Assembly: GCA_963808235.1 (NCBI GenBank)
Contig: CAWEEQ010000004.1
Span: 32,001 to 96,000 of the forward strand
From: an uncultured delta proteobacterium
GTDB taxonomy: Bacteria > Desulfobacterota > Binatia > Binatales > Binataceae
Length of the DNA stretch: 64,000 nt
Direction of reading: 5' to 3'
This document shows, in pieces, positions 47,498 through 57,088 of the stretch. Each line of letters starts with the position of its first letter. Position 1 is the stretch's first letter. Under the pieces are notes generated by a model. The model made no database searches. It saw only the letters and a program-made list of their open reading frames with translations, and was not told where the DNA came from. The translations under genes were made by a program, and so were the position numbers.

Positions 47498-48859
47498 CTA
47501 ACGCTCCGGGCCGAACCGTTCCAACTTGTTGTACAAGGTCTTCGCGCTGACGCCGAGAATCTCCGCCGCGCGAGTTTTGTTCCCGCCGGTGAATTCGATG
47601 GTTCGCGAGATCATTTCCTTCTCGACATCCTCCAGCGACGATCCGATTGGGATCTTGATAAAGCTGCCGTCGTTGGTGCTCGCGGCGCGGAAGTCGTCGG
47701 GCAAATCCGACTTGCGGATCATCCGCCCATCGCAAACGATCAGCGCGCGCTCGAGAACGTTGCGGAGTTGGCGCACGTTTCCCGGCCACGGATGCGCCAT
47801 CAGCGCCTTCATGCATTCCTCGTCCACCCCGACCACATCTTTCTTGTTCTGCTCGGCGTAATGACCGACGAACATTTGAATGAGCTGCGGCATGTCGTCG
47901 GCGCGCTCGCGCAGCGGGGGAAGCTGGATCGTGAAAACATTTAATCGGTAATACAGATCGGAGCGGAGCTTGCCGTCGCGAACTGCCTGCTCCACGTCCC
48001 GATTCGAGGCCGCCAGCACGCGCACATCCAGCGGTATCTCGGCCGTGCCGCCGACCCGGCGCACGCGGCCTTCCTCGATCACGCGCAGCAGCTTGGCCTG
48101 CAACTCGACTTTCATCTCGGTAATCTCGTCGAGCAGCAAAGTGCCGCCGTTGGCAACTTCGAAGCATCCTTCCTTGCGCCGATCCGCTCCGGTAAACGAG
48201 CCGCGCTCGTGGCCGAACAGCTCGCTCTCCATCAGAGTCTCTGGAATCGCGGCGCAGTTCACCGGCACGTAGGCCGCATCGCGACGCGGCGATAGCTCGT
48301 GAATGGTGCGAGCCACCAGCTCCTTGCCGGTGCCGCTATCGCCGGTTATCACCACTGACGCTGACGACTGTGCGAGCCGTTCGATGGCCGAGATCACGCG
48401 GCGCATCGCGAGCGAGCGCCCGAACAGCGGCCCGAGTTCACCGACGTTGGCCAGTCTTCGCCGCAGGGTCGTATTTTCCTCGCGAATGGAAATATTGTCG
48501 GCGATGTTTCGCAACACTCGCTCCAAATGCGCAGGGTCGACGGGCTTGCGCAGATAGTCGATGGCGCCGAGCTTGAGCGCCTCGACGGCGTCGGGAATCT
48601 CGCCTTGTCCGGAGATCATTATGGCCGGGAGGCGGATTCCGAGCTCCTGGATATCGCGCAGCAGCTCGAGGCCGTTTTTGCGCGGCATCCTCAAGTCCGA
48701 GACAAGGATGTGGGGATTGAAGCTGCTGATCAGCTCCAGCGCCTTGATGCCATCTTCCGCTATTTCGATGCGGAAGCCCCAGGCCGCCAGGGACTCGCCC
48801 CATTCCTCGTGGGTGTTTACGTCGTCCTCAGCAATCAGAACTCGAATTTCGTTGGTCAT
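47498..48859 (-). CDS. sigma54-dependent response regulator (NtrC/AtoC family)
   Basis: REC (EDD, SDLRMP, KP), GDSGTGKE, GSFTGA, DEITE, WPGNVRQL, Fis HTH. Confidence 0.95.
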   Translation of the reverse strand: MTNEIRVLIAEDDVNTHEEWGESLAAWGFRIEIAEDGIKALELISSFNPHILVSDLRMPRKNGLELLRDIQELGIRLPAIMISGQGEIPDAVEALKLGAIDYLRKPVDPAHLERVLRNIADNISIREENTTLRRRLANVGELGPLFGRSLAMRRVISAIERLAQSSASVVITGDSGTGKELVARTIHELSPRRDAAYVPVNCAAIPETLMESELFGHERGSFTGADRRKEGCFEVANGGTLLLDEITEMKVELQAKLLRVIEEGRVRRVGGTAEIPLDVRVLAASNRDVEQAVRDGKLRSDLYYRLNVFTIQLPPLRERADDMPQLIQMFVGHYAEQNKKDVVGVDEECMKALMAHPWPGNVRQLRNVLERALIVCDGRMIRKSDLPDDFRAASTNDGSFIKIPIGSSLEDVEKEMISRTIEFTGGNKTRAAEILGVSAKTLYNKLERFGPER

Positions 48860-48951
48860 AGGTTTGAGCGGGAGAAGTTCGTCTCGGATGATTTCAATAG
48901 TCGAAGTCGTTTCGTGACCGAGCGCATCGGCGCCGCATGTGCACCAGATAC

Positions 48952-48967
48952 AGCAATACTAGGACCG
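48952..48967 (-). promoter_or_regulatory. sigma54 promoter CGGTCC-TAGTA-TTGCT
   Basis: GG-N10-GC upstream of the response regulator. Confidence 0.55.
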
Positions 48968-49079
48968 AATGCCGGTGGTGCTCAAGGACATGTCAAAGAG
49001 AGCTAAAGCATATTGAAGCTATTGCTTTCTGCAAGGTCGATCGGCAATTTTTACCGCATTCGCCTCTACGTTATCGAAC

Positions 49080-49092
49080 TATCAAACATTTG
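49080..49092 (+). promoter_or_regulatory. IHF binding site TATCAA-ACAT-TTG
   Basis: exact match to WATCAA-N4-TTR, between candidate enhancer 49042..49056 and promoter 49106. Confidence 0.65.
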
Positions 49093-49105
49093 CAGCGCCG
49101 TACAG

Positions 49106-49121
49106 TGGCAGATGACTTGCT
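49106..49121 (+). promoter_or_regulatory. sigma54 promoter TGGCAG-ATGAC-TTGCT
   Basis: GG-N10-GC upstream of 49187. Confidence 0.75.
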
Positions 49122-49186
49122 TCTTAAATCCCGAGGCGGCCGGATTCACAATTTCAATTATGCGACCGGCGTCCAGGGAGAGCAAA

Positions 49187-49435
49187 ATGGCCAGCGACAA
49201 CCTTTCCAATAGCGCGGGACGGATCGTGGACGAGGGCCGCGAAAAACTGGGCGAGTACGCCGACAAGGGCCGTGACATGCTGAACGACTATGCCGACAAG
49301 GGGATGGATTACGTCTCGTCGGCGAATTCGGCGATGACGACGTTCATTCGCGAAGAGCCTCTGCTCGCGATGGCAACGGTGTTCGCCGCCGGATACCTCG
49401 CCGCGCGCATCCTCAATCAATTGACGCGGCGATAG
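49187..49435 (+). CDS. ElaB/YqjD-like tail-anchored protein
   Basis: repeated YADKG helix, FIREEPLLAMATVFAAGYL C-terminal anchor. Confidence 0.7.
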   Translation: MASDNLSNSAGRIVDEGREKLGEYADKGRDMLNDYADKGMDYVSSANSAMTTFIREEPLLAMATVFAAGYLAARILNQLTRR

Positions 49436-49441
49436 CAGGCG

Positions 49442-49708
49442 ATGGCAAACCAGAAGGCTCAACCCGGTCAAACGCTGCGCGAGCTGATCGTCGAATACCC
49501 GGAGCGCTCGTTTGCTATTGCGGCGCTCAGCGGATTTGCCGTCGGCGGGGGCCTCAGCAGCCGGACCTCGTTTCAAATCATCTTGATGGCTCTGGAAGCC
49601 GTGGTCGGAGACCGTCTGATACCGACGATGAGGTCGGGTAACGGCGCGCATTCATCCGGCAACGGCAAGGACTCAAATGAACGACGACGCTCCCGAAATA
49701 AAAAATGA
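49442..49708 (+). CDS. small hypothetical membrane protein
   Basis: operonic; P..S.AIAALSGFAVGGGL. Confidence 0.55.
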   Translation: MANQKAQPGQTLRELIVEYPERSFAIAALSGFAVGGGLSSRTSFQIILMALEAVVGDRLIPTMRSGNGAHSSGNGKDSNERRRSRNKK

Positions 49709-49976
49709 AATCGAGGACGCGACAGAGGACCTTCGCGACGCACTGAACGAAGTCAACGACCGCGTCGGCGAAGGCATCGCGCGAGTCGAAAGCGGGTTCG
49801 CAAACCTGAATCCGCAGCGGAGCATCCAACGGCGGCCAATGGCGGCGGCATGCCTGGCGGGCGCCGTCGGCGCCACCTTCGGCTCGAGAACACTTCAAGC
49901 TTCGATATTGGGCCTGGCATTGTTTGGAGTTGCCGTCGCGCTAATCGCAAAAGATGGAATCGTCGAGGAAGAATGA
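49677..49976 (+). CDS. small DUF3618/ElaB-like membrane protein
   Basis: EIKNEIE.ATEDL..AL, RPMAAACLAGAVG. Confidence 0.55.
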   Translation: MNDDAPEIKNEIEDATEDLRDALNEVNDRVGEGIARVESGFANLNPQRSIQRRPMAAACLAGAVGATFGSRTLQASILGLALFGVAVALIAKDGIVEEE

Positions 49977-50359
49977 AGCGCGCGGAAACCGAAATTGCGG
50001 CGAGCGGCAACCGCGTCGGTAAAGAGACAGACCTCCCCGACCTGGGAGTTCGCATCCTCTCCGATTTTGGACGAATCGTCGCGGCCGAAGCCCGCTTGCT
50101 CGAAATAAACCTGCTCGGGGGCGCACAGGCCGTAGTCGACAGGATTTATCTCGCGTCGGTGCTGGTCGTAATCTCCGCCATCGGCGTTATCGCAATTATC
50201 GGCAGCATGACTCTTTTGCTGCATCAGTGGATGCCCTGGTGGCAAGTGCTGGGAATCGTGGGAATTGTTTCGTTACTGCTCGCCGAGATTCTGCGCCGTA
50301 CATTGATGCCCGCCAACGTTCCCATCTACCAAGTTTCTACGCCGCGCGACAATCAGTAA
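49973..50359 (+). CDS. YqjE/phage-holin-like two-TM protein
   Basis: ATGA overlap; DFGRIVAAEARLLE then two TM helices. Confidence 0.6.
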   Translation: MKRAETEIAASGNRVGKETDLPDLGVRILSDFGRIVAAEARLLEINLLGGAQAVVDRIYLASVLVVISAIGVIAIIGSMTLLLHQWMPWWQVLGIVGIVSLLLAEILRRTLMPANVPIYQVSTPRDNQ

Positions 50360-50463
50360 CCGTACCGACCGGTTTTGAAACGTTATTTCTGAAAACGTTA
50401 TATAGTTCACGCATGCCGGCTGGAAATACTGCATTTCGCAGAACCGATCTTTATACTTGGTAA

Positions 50464-50479
50464 TGGCATAGTAGTTGCT
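50464..50479 (+). promoter_or_regulatory. sigma54 promoter TGGCAT-AGTAG-TTGCT
   Basis: GG-N10-GC upstream of DUF1328 gene. Confidence 0.78.
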
Positions 50480-50513
50480 CGATACTACATCAGGTGTTGG
50501 AGGCCATACTCAT

Positions 50514-50675
50514 ATGCTATACTACGCCTTAGTATTTTTGCTGATTTCTCTGGTCGCAGCGGCATTCGGTTTCGGCGGCATCGCGGGAGTATCAGCGGAG
50601 TTTGCCAGAGTGCTGTTCTTCGTCTTTCTGGTACTGTTTATCGTGTCTCTGGTCGCAGGACGAGTCATCATATAG
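50514..50675 (+). CDS. DUF1328 (YtjA-like) small membrane protein
   Basis: [25 protein letters not shown]. Confidence 0.9.
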   Translation: MLYYALVFLLISLVAAAFGFGGIAGVSAEFARVLFFVFLVLFIVSLVAGRVII

Positions 50676-50786
50676 TCGCACACAAGAGCGATCACTCTGC
50701 TGATCGCCAGCGAAGGCCCACGGTGCGAGATAACTCGCACTGTGGGTCCTCTCGCAAATCACTCTACCCACACGCTCCCAATATGT

Positions 50787-51139
50787 TCATAGTCGATCAG
50801 TCTCGTTCGATAGAGCGGTCGGCATCGCGAGTCGAAGCTGATTCGCCTGCACCCCGAAGCTTACCTTGACGTTATGCTTGCGCCGGTCGGCAACCCGCGA
50901 GATCGAATCGCCATTGCCTACATGACCATCGACGCTCGCTGTGATAGCACCTTTGCCGCCGGCACCATTCAAGACAATGTGGTAGATGCTATTACCAAAT
51001 CGATAGCCAATCGTGAACGATTTCCATTCCCGCGGAACGCACGGCGCGATATTCAATCTGCCATCGATTAGTCCAGACCAAGTAGTGACTCTAATATAGC
51101 CCGATACCTCCATCCCGCAGAACCTGTATACCAAGTCCA
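50787..51139 (-). pseudogene. C-terminal relic of a GH94 glycoside phosphorylase (NdvB/Cgs-like)
   Basis: WTWYTGSAGW.YRAILESLLGL then, in another frame, LNIAPCVPREWKSF.I.YRFG. Confidence 0.7.
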
Positions 51140-51349
51140 GCTTCGTTGATCTGGATACCAAAGAAGAAGGGACCGGAAAATTCTCCACGGAGGGAGTACT
51201 CGGGGCAGATCGAGCGCCACTACCAGGTAGAAAACTTGACCTCTGAATTCGTCTGAATCCGCCGTTGCAGGTGAGACGCATATAGAAGAGTCACCCTTAG
51301 TTCGAGAGCATCGCTGGATGAACGATGCGGTGAGCTGTCTGCCATACGA

Positions 51350-51365
51350 TGGCACGCGCGTTGCT
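51350..51365 (+). promoter_or_regulatory. sigma54 promoter TGGCAC-GCGCG-TTGCT (consensus)
   Basis: perfect TGGCAC-N5-TTGCW upstream of 51441. Confidence 0.85.
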
Positions 51366-51440
51366 CAGAATTAGATGAAGGCCGACGCAAGTTCCCTTGA
51401 TTGTCGGCCGCCAAATGCTGAATTCCGGAGGTCAGTAAAC

Positions 51441-51842
51441 ATGAGAACTCAGGCGTTGCTGTTCTCCGCATCGCTTATCGCGAGCGCCATGATTGTTCCG
51501 GTCGGAATCGGATCTGCCCACGCGCAGACTGCCGCGGAAAACGTCGCCGTGGACAACAGCGCTCGAAATCAACGTGACCGCGATCGTCAGAATCTCACTC
51601 CCTTCGATCAATCCAACAAGCCAGCGGATCTGGAGCTCAGCAGAAATATTCGCCGCGCGCTGATGAAGGAAGACCATCTTTCTACCGAGGCGAAGAATAT
51701 CAAGATCATCACGATAGACGGCGCGGTAACCTTGCGCGGGCCGGTCAAGACCGATCAGGAGAAAGCCGCGATCATGTCCAGGGCGGTTGAGGTCGCCGGG
51801 ACCTCCAATGTTCACAACGAGCTACAGGTCGAAGGGCAATAG
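51441..51842 (+). CDS. secreted BON-domain protein
   Basis: DNSARNQRDR, LTPFDQS, AKNIKIIT..G.VTLRGPV. Confidence 0.88.
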   Translation: MRTQALLFSASLIASAMIVPVGIGSAHAQTAAENVAVDNSARNQRDRDRQNLTPFDQSNKPADLELSRNIRRALMKEDHLSTEAKNIKIITIDGAVTLRGPVKTDQEKAAIMSRAVEVAGTSNVHNELQVEGQ

Positions 51843-51878
51843 TCAGTACGGCGCTGGCAGCACTACGGAGATACTCAC

Positions 51879-52394
51879 ATGGTCAAAGCAGTTATCTGTA
51901 TCGCGAAGAATGAAGATCAGGCAGTAAGAATAGTCGATCAACTGAAGGCGGCTGGTTTTTCGAACAATGACGTATCGGTGCTGCTGCCGGATCGCGCGGG
52001 CACTCGGGACTTCGCGCACGAACAGCATACCAAGGCGCCCGAAGGTGCGACGGCTGGAGCAGTCGTCGGCGGACTGGCGGCTGGGGCCCTTGGATGGTTG
52101 GTAGGTATTGGAACGCTGGCGATTCCGGGCGTCGGCCCGTTCATCGCTGCGGGTCCGATCATGGCGGCGCTCGGCGGAGCGGCTGCCGGCGGCGCGGTCG
52201 GTGGAGTCGCAGGCGCGCTGATTGGTTTCGGAATCCCTGAATACGAAGCCAAGCAATACGAAGGCAAGGTCAAGAACGGAAATATACTGATTTCTGTTCA
52301 TACCGAAGATAGCAGGCAGCGCAACACCGCCAAGGATATTTTCGAGCGCTCGCAAGCGACCGATATTTCCTATACCGGCGAAGCGCGCGTTTAA
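51879..52394 (+). CDS. general stress protein (YflT-like, glycine-zipper membrane segment)
   Basis: L..AGFSNNDVSVL, IPGVGPFIAAGPI, GIPEYEAKQYE. Confidence 0.8.
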   Translation: MVKAVICIAKNEDQAVRIVDQLKAAGFSNNDVSVLLPDRAGTRDFAHEQHTKAPEGATAGAVVGGLAAGALGWLVGIGTLAIPGVGPFIAAGPIMAALGGAAAGGAVGGVAGALIGFGIPEYEAKQYEGKVKNGNILISVHTEDSRQRNTAKDIFERSQATDISYTGEARV

Positions 52395-52506
52395 TGCGAT
52401 TCGTTCGCAACACCGCTACTTCGATTGCTCTCGGTCGCCGGACAAACACCGTCGCCTGAGAGCACTTTCCTATCATCCTTGATTGCGTCGGTGCCGGAGA
52501 GGCTCT

Positions 52507-54402
52507 ATGGAAGAAGTCACCGAAACCGACAAGCAGGGCGCAGAGACCGACGCGAAGTCAGTTCCGATCGACGCAGAGGGGGAAGCTCAGTTCGCGCTGA
52601 TCTGGGCAGCCGCACCGATCGTCGCATTCCTGATCGCGACCGCGGCGCTCTATGCGGGACGGGAGGTGCTTCTGCCGTTGGCGATGGCAGTCATTCTCGG
52701 AGTCATTTTCAGCCCGGTCGCGACTCGTCTCGAACGTTATGTCGGCCCCCTGCTGAGCGCGGCGATTGTAGTATTCCTGGTGGTCGGGCTACTGGCCGCA
52801 ATGGTCTATTTTCTAACTATTGAGCTGACTACTGTCGCGGATCACGTCGCTGGATACTCAGACAACATAGGCAATAAGCTGGCGGCACTGGAAAAGACCA
52901 CGCCAGCGTGGCTGCAGCACATACAAGGTGCGGTCGCCGACGTAGAGCGGCGACTGAACCGTGCGAATCCGCCGCAACGTCCCGCGAAAGGAGTGGTGCA
53001 GGCACTACCGATGCCCGCATCGCTCAGCGAAAATCTGAAACCAGTTTTTCCGGTGCTCGGCGGGATCGTTAATTTTCTGCTGGTCGTCACGCTGCTGTTT
53101 TTTTTGCTTTACAGCAGGCGCGATCTTCGCGATCGAATCGTCAGATTGGCTGCCAGAGCGCGTATCACTCTTGCGGCAGAGGCTATCGAAACCGCTGGAC
53201 AGACCGTCGGCCGCTACCTCCTGCTTTTCTCGCTGACCAACCTTGCGTTCGGTATCGCAACTGGAACCGTGGTCTGGCTGATCGGCCTGCCGAGCGCGGA
53301 GCTATGGGGACTGCTCGCATTTCTGCTCCGATTCATCCCCTACGTGGGCGCGATGACCTCGGCGGTTTTGCCTGCGCTCGTTGCGTTCGCGCTGTTTCCC
53401 GGGTGGACAAAGTCACTTGAGATTCTGGGAGCGTTTCTGATTCTGGATCAGCTTGCGTCCCAACTTGTCGAACCATTTGTAATTGGCCGTGGGGTCGGCG
53501 TGTCGCCAGTGGCCCTGCTGATTTCCGCTATGTACTGGTCATGGCTATGGGGATTGCCGGGATTACTACTCGCAACACCATTGACTGCGTGCCTTAAAGT
53601 AGCGGGCGACTACATTCCCGCATTAGGGTTTCTGGCTATTCTGCTCGGCGCCGATAGAGTACTTGATGACTATAACGACTTTTATCGCATGCTGCTGGAG
53701 CTCGATCCGGAGGGCGCGCGTAAGCTTGCGATTCGATATTGCGATGAACATGGTCTGGAATCGACGTTCGACGACGTCCTGGTTCCGGCGCTGCTCCTGA
53801 TGGGCAAGGAACGCGCCGAGGATCATATCAGCCAGGAAAACCAGCAGCTCATCGTTGACACCGCCTGTGCGCTGGTTGCGGAGTTGGGAAATCGACTCGA
53901 GCGTCCGCGCCATCCGCCGAGCGCGCGTGTGCTGGGCGTGGTCGCTCCGGGAGAAATCCACACTTTCGGATTGTTGATGGTTCTCGAGTTGTTGCGTCGC
54001 GATGGAGTCGCGGCAAACTTCGCCGGTACAGACAAACCAGTCGCCGAGCTGTGCGATCTCGTGAAGCGTTTCACGCCAGATTTCATTTTCATTTCGTGCA
54101 CGACGCTCGAACAGTTGCCCGCCGCGCTGGAATTTGCCGGTTGGGTGAAGACCAATTCATCGCGGGTAACGATGCTTGCCGGCGGCCCGGGCGCACTTTC
54201 GGAACCCGCGCAGCTAATCGCAGCCGGATGCGCCGAAGTCTGCGCGGGTCGTGGCGCAGGCCTGCGTGCGGTAAGGCGGTACGTTTTGCGACGGGCGCGT
54301 TCGCGATTTCCCGGGGCGCGGTTGATTCCCGGCTTCGCGCTGGAGCCCGGGGTCGGAGTGTCCGAGACCGATACTGCGAGCGGCGCCGGTCCCCGCGCCT
54401 AG
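52507..54402 (+). CDS. AI-2E family transporter fused to C-terminal cobalamin-binding-like domain
   Basis: LRFIPYVG, LWGLPGLLLATPLT; C-terminal GEIHTFG (E/DxHxxG) and Rossmann-like segment. Confidence 0.8.
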   Translation: MEEVTETDKQGAETDAKSVPIDAEGEAQFALIWAAAPIVAFLIATAALYAGREVLLPLAMAVILGVIFSPVATRLERYVGPLLSAAIVVFLVVGLLAAMVYFLTIELTTVADHVAGYSDNIGNKLAALEKTTPAWLQHIQGAVADVERRLNRANPPQRPAKGVVQALPMPASLSENLKPVFPVLGGIVNFLLVVTLLFFLLYSRRDLRDRIVRLAARARITLAAEAIETAGQTVGRYLLLFSLTNLAFGIATGTVVWLIGLPSAELWGLLAFLLRFIPYVGAMTSAVLPALVAFALFPGWTKSLEILGAFLILDQLASQLVEPFVIGRGVGVSPVALLISAMYWSWLWGLPGLLLATPLTACLKVAGDYIPALGFLAILLGADRVLDDYNDFYRMLLELDPEGARKLAIRYCDEHGLESTFDDVLVPALLLMGKERAEDHISQENQQLIVDTACALVAELGNRLERPRHPPSARVLGVVAPGEIHTFGLLMVLELLRRDGVAANFAGTDKPVAELCDLVKRFTPDFIFISCTTLEQLPAALEFAGWVKTNSSRVTMLAGGPGALSEPAQLIAAGCAEVCAGRGAGLRAVRRYVLRRARSRFPGARLIPGFALEPGVGVSETDTASGAGPRA

Positions 54403-54442
54403 ACTCCTTACCCTTTCCAGCTACGGTTGACACGATCTCCAT

Positions 54443-54458
54443 GTGCATTATATTGCAC
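54443..54458. promoter_or_regulatory. BzdR/BoxR-type operator TGCA-N6-TGCA over sigma70 -10 of boxR
   Basis: GTGCATTATATTGCAC; TTGACA at 54427. Confidence 0.7.
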
Positions 54459-54471
54459 CTTGGGCGAAACA

Positions 54472-55383
54472 ATGACACGCGGTTCAAAAGTTGGCGGACT
54501 ACTGGCCGAAGACCGTGGCCGGCGCACGATCGCTCCCGCCAACTACTTGAAGATGCTTGGCGAGCGAGTGCGCAATGCTCGTTCCCGGCATGGGATGACA
54601 CGGCGAATGCTGGCGCGGGACTCGGGAATTTCGGAGCGATACCTTGCGGAGCTGGAGAGCGGCCGCGGCAATTTTTCGATTGCGCTGCTGCGAAAAGTTG
54701 CCAGTGCGATCGATGTGCCAGTCTCGGATCTGGTCACCGACGATTCGCCACGACCGGTCGAGTATTCGTTGCTGGTCGAACGGCTCCGGCGTTTCGAGGC
54801 TCGAGAACTCGCCGAAGCTTCGAGGATGCTCGCCGAGCGTTTCGGCGATCGCAGCCGCCGGATGGACCGGGTCGCTCTGATCGGGCTTCGCGGCGCCGGC
54901 AAGAGTACGCTCGGAACGCTGCTGGCACGGCATCTTGGCTGGTCGTTTGTCGAGCTGAGCCGCGAAATCGAAATCGAAGCGGGCGTCAAAGTGGACGAAA
55001 TCTTCGACCTCTGGGGGCAGGCGGCTTACCGGCGCTACGAGCGCCGCGCGCTCGAACGTATCGCTCGATCGCGGACCAAAGTTGTGTTGGCGACTGGAGG
55101 CGGACTGGTTTCCGAGCCGGCTACATTCGAACGATTGCTGGATTCATTTTACACGGTGTGGTTGCAGGCTTCGCCCAAGGAGCATTGGGATCGGGTGATT
55201 GGCCAGGGCGATCATCGCGTCGAGGGCAGTGGCGATACCGAAGCTCTGGTGGACATGCGCCGGATACTTGCCCAGCGCGACGCGCTCTATAAGAAGGCGA
55301 ATGCAAGGCTGAACACGAGCGCCAGAACCCCGCGGCAAGCGCTCGCGGGTCTGATCGCGATCGTCGACAAGCGCCAGAATTAG
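54472..55383 (+). CDS. boxR: BzdR/BoxR family regulator (XRE HTH plus shikimate-kinase-like domain)
   Basis: SGISERYLAELESG, GLRGAGKST. Confidence 0.88.
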   Translation: MTRGSKVGGLLAEDRGRRTIAPANYLKMLGERVRNARSRHGMTRRMLARDSGISERYLAELESGRGNFSIALLRKVASAIDVPVSDLVTDDSPRPVEYSLLVERLRRFEARELAEASRMLAERFGDRSRRMDRVALIGLRGAGKSTLGTLLARHLGWSFVELSREIEIEAGVKVDEIFDLWGQAAYRRYERRALERIARSRTKVVLATGGGLVSEPATFERLLDSFYTVWLQASPKEHWDRVIGQGDHRVEGSGDTEALVDMRRILAQRDALYKKANARLNTSARTPRQALAGLIAIVDKRQN

Positions 55384-55412
55384 AGTCGTAATCCGGCTTG
55401 AACTTTCCCTTA

Positions 55413-55430
55413 TATGCATTATAATGCATA
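55413..55430. promoter_or_regulatory. BzdR/BoxR-type operator, perfect palindrome TATGCATTATAATGCATA
   Basis: TGCA-N6-TGCA covering TATAAT upstream of boxC. Confidence 0.78.
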
Positions 55431-55449
55431 CGTTGACAGGTTGCGTAAG

Positions 55450-57088
55450 ATGATCGATTTTCGCACCGAACCCTCCAGGTATCGCCATTGGAAGCTTAAC
55501 TTTTCCGGGCCGGTGGCAACGCTCGCAATGGACGTCGATGAAAACGCGACGCTCAATCCAGGCTATGAGCTCAAGCTGAATTCCTATGATCTGGGTGTTG
55601 ATATCGAGCTGAATGATGCGGTCCAGCGCTTGCGCTTCGAGCATCCCGAGATCGAGAGCGTGATCATCGCCTCTGGCAAAGAACGCGTTTTCTGCGCCGG
55701 TGCCAATATCCGGATGCTCGGCCAGTCGAGCCATCCATTCAAAGTGAACTTCTGCAAGTTTACCAATGAAACTCGCAACGCGATCGAAGATGCGACCCGC
55801 AACTCCGGCCAGTTTTACCTGAGCGCTATCAGCGGAGCGTGCGCCGGCGGAGGCTACGAGCTCGCGCTGGCGACCGATTACATAATTATGGCCGACGATG
55901 GCTCGACCAGCGTGTCGATGCCGGAAGTGCCGCTGCTCGCGGTGCTGCCCGCCACCGGTGGATTGACGCGGCTGGTCGATAAGCGACGGGTGCGGCGCGA
56001 CCGCGCTGATTTTTTCTGCACCACCGAGGAAGGACTCAAGGGCAAACGGGCCGCTGACTGGGGCCTGGTCGATGAGATCGTTCCGCGCACGCAACTGATG
56101 GAAGTTGCGACGCGCCGGGCGCTCGAGCGAAAGCGGTCGTCTCGGCCGGCGCAGCGCGGGATTCCATTCTCTACGCTTTCGCGAACGATTGACGAACATC
56201 GTATTACCTATAGTCACTTGACGGTTGAAATCGATCGCGACAGCGCGACTGCATCGCTGACGATCGATGGTCCCCGGATTGGGCCGCCTTCCAGTTTGGA
56301 AGACGGACTTGGCGAGGACTTCTGGCCGTTGACGCTGGCCCGCGAACTCGAAGACGCGATCCTGCATCTGAGATTCAACGAGGAAACGACGAGAACGTGG
56401 ATCTTTCGCAGCCGCGGAGACTCGTCAATCGTGAAATCGTACGACGCATTTCTCACCGCGAATGCAGATGACCGGCTGGTCCGGGAGATAACGCTATACC
56501 TCAAACGGACGCTCAAGCGGCTCGACGTTAGCTCGCGCTCGCTGTTCACGCTGATTGAGCCGGGCTCATGCTTTTGCGGAACTATCCTCGAGCTTGCGTT
56601 GGCATCGGATCGCATATTCATGCTGCGCGGTTCGCGCAGCGGGAAATGAATCGGCCGCGGCTAGCATTTGTCTTACTGATATGAACTTTGGCCCGTTGCC
56701 GATGTGTAACGGCCTGACCCGCCTGGAAAGCAGATTTCTCGGCCAGCCCGAGCGGGTAGGCGAACTGCGCGGGCGAATCGGCAGCTCGATAGATTCGATA
56801 GTCGCGGAGCAACTCGGCCTGGTAACTTTCACTCCCGACGAGATCGATTGGGACGACGAAGTTCGCCTCGCGATCGAGGAACGCGCCGTATTCTCGTCCG
56901 ATGCGCTGACCGGTATGGAAGCGTCGCTGAGATTCGGCGGCCCGGAAACGATCGAATCGAAAATTTTTGCTCGCTTGTCAGCGTGGCAGAACTGGATTTT
57001 CCAGCGCCCCAACGCGGTAGGTGAAAAGGGCGCGCTGAAACTTTACGGCACCGGGGTTCGGCCGGAATTCGACCCGAGGAGAGTCTAG
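55450..57088 (+). pseudogene. boxC: 2,3-epoxybenzoyl-CoA dihydrolase, split by a frameshift near 56641
   Basis: YRHWKL, KLNSYDLGVDIEL, KVNFCKFTNETRN; C-terminal AWQNWIFQRPNA in the next frame. Confidence 0.88.
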
